A stretch of 26,531 bases of DNA, from NCBI GenBank assembly GCA_040758355.1, contig JBFLWF010000030.1:1-26531 (forward strand). Direction: 5' to 3'. Made by a program: the position numbers and the translations under genes. This DNA comes from Nitrospirota bacterium. GTDB taxonomy: Bacteria > Nitrospirota > Thermodesulfovibrionia > Thermodesulfovibrionales > Dissulfurispiraceae. Below are positions 26,409-26,531 of the stretch, one piece after another (the stretch's first letter is position 1; each line of letters opens with the position of its first letter). Below the pieces are notes generated by a model. It saw only the letters and a program-made list of their open reading frames with translations. It had not been told where the DNA came from and did not search any database.

Positions 26409-26531
26409 GGTCGGATGTCAATAGTGGATACCAATTCACTCATGCTGCAATCCTCGTTTGATAAAACTTTTTCTCATAAGCAACAGGGGATAGATACCCC
26501 AGCTTTGCCTGTCTCCTCTGTCGGTTGTAAA
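26406..26531 (-). mobile_element. Right end of an IS3-family insertion sequence (continues beyond window)
   Basis: Terminal IR-like sequence TGAGGTCGGATGTCAATAGTGGATACC starts with TG at 26406 and lies just downstream of the transposase stop. Confidence 0.78.
26440..26529 (-). CDS. C-terminus of an IS3-family transposase (OrfB, partial)
   Basis: The - strand reads YNRQRRQAKLGYLSPVAYEKKFYQTRIAA*, matching the YNxxRxxxxLGYxSP signature of IS3 integrase-core C-termini. Confidence 0.82.
   Translation of the reverse strand, partial: YNRQRRQAKLGYLSPVAYEKKFYQTRIAA

Noticed and set aside
26255..26443. 62-aa - strand ORF
   Set aside because: It spans the IS inverted repeat and the antisense of the higA remnant; no independent support.

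Overview
Bacterial chromosomal window, gene-dense and fairly AT-rich. Gene content (NIF-type nifU-nifS, ppdK, a Desulfovibrio-type PEP-utilising protein, yedF, a c-type cytochrome, CIRCE) suggests an anaerobic Nitrospirota/Desulfobacterota-like organism; this is inference only. In order: the 3' end of a c-type cytochrome gene; a tight 7-gene + strand operon (secreted transglutaminase-like protein, YdjY-like protein, YedF, TIGR04283-like glycosyltransferase, ArsS-like radical SAM enzyme, Fe-S/CCG oxidoreductase fused to a VTT/DedA membrane domain, TIGR04282-like transferase); a - strand block (sensor-less histidine kinase, HDOD protein, NodI/J-like ABC exporter, nifU, nifS) containing two long intergenic hairpins with G·A-rich internal loops; a thioredoxin-like::ArsC fusion followed by an atypical PEP-synthase-like protein and a DsrE protein; a cold-shock protein, ppdK, an acyl-CoA synthetase, and a membrane protein coupled to a class III cyclase; CIRCE-preceded htpG; a Fic protein with a palindromic operator, a higA remnant, and the end of an IS3-family element. 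The most promising candidate system is the ArsS-type operon. It has no ArsM in the window but recruits S/Se-relay and exported thiol proteins, and lies near an ArsC fusion. All family assignments are by motif recognition, not database search.
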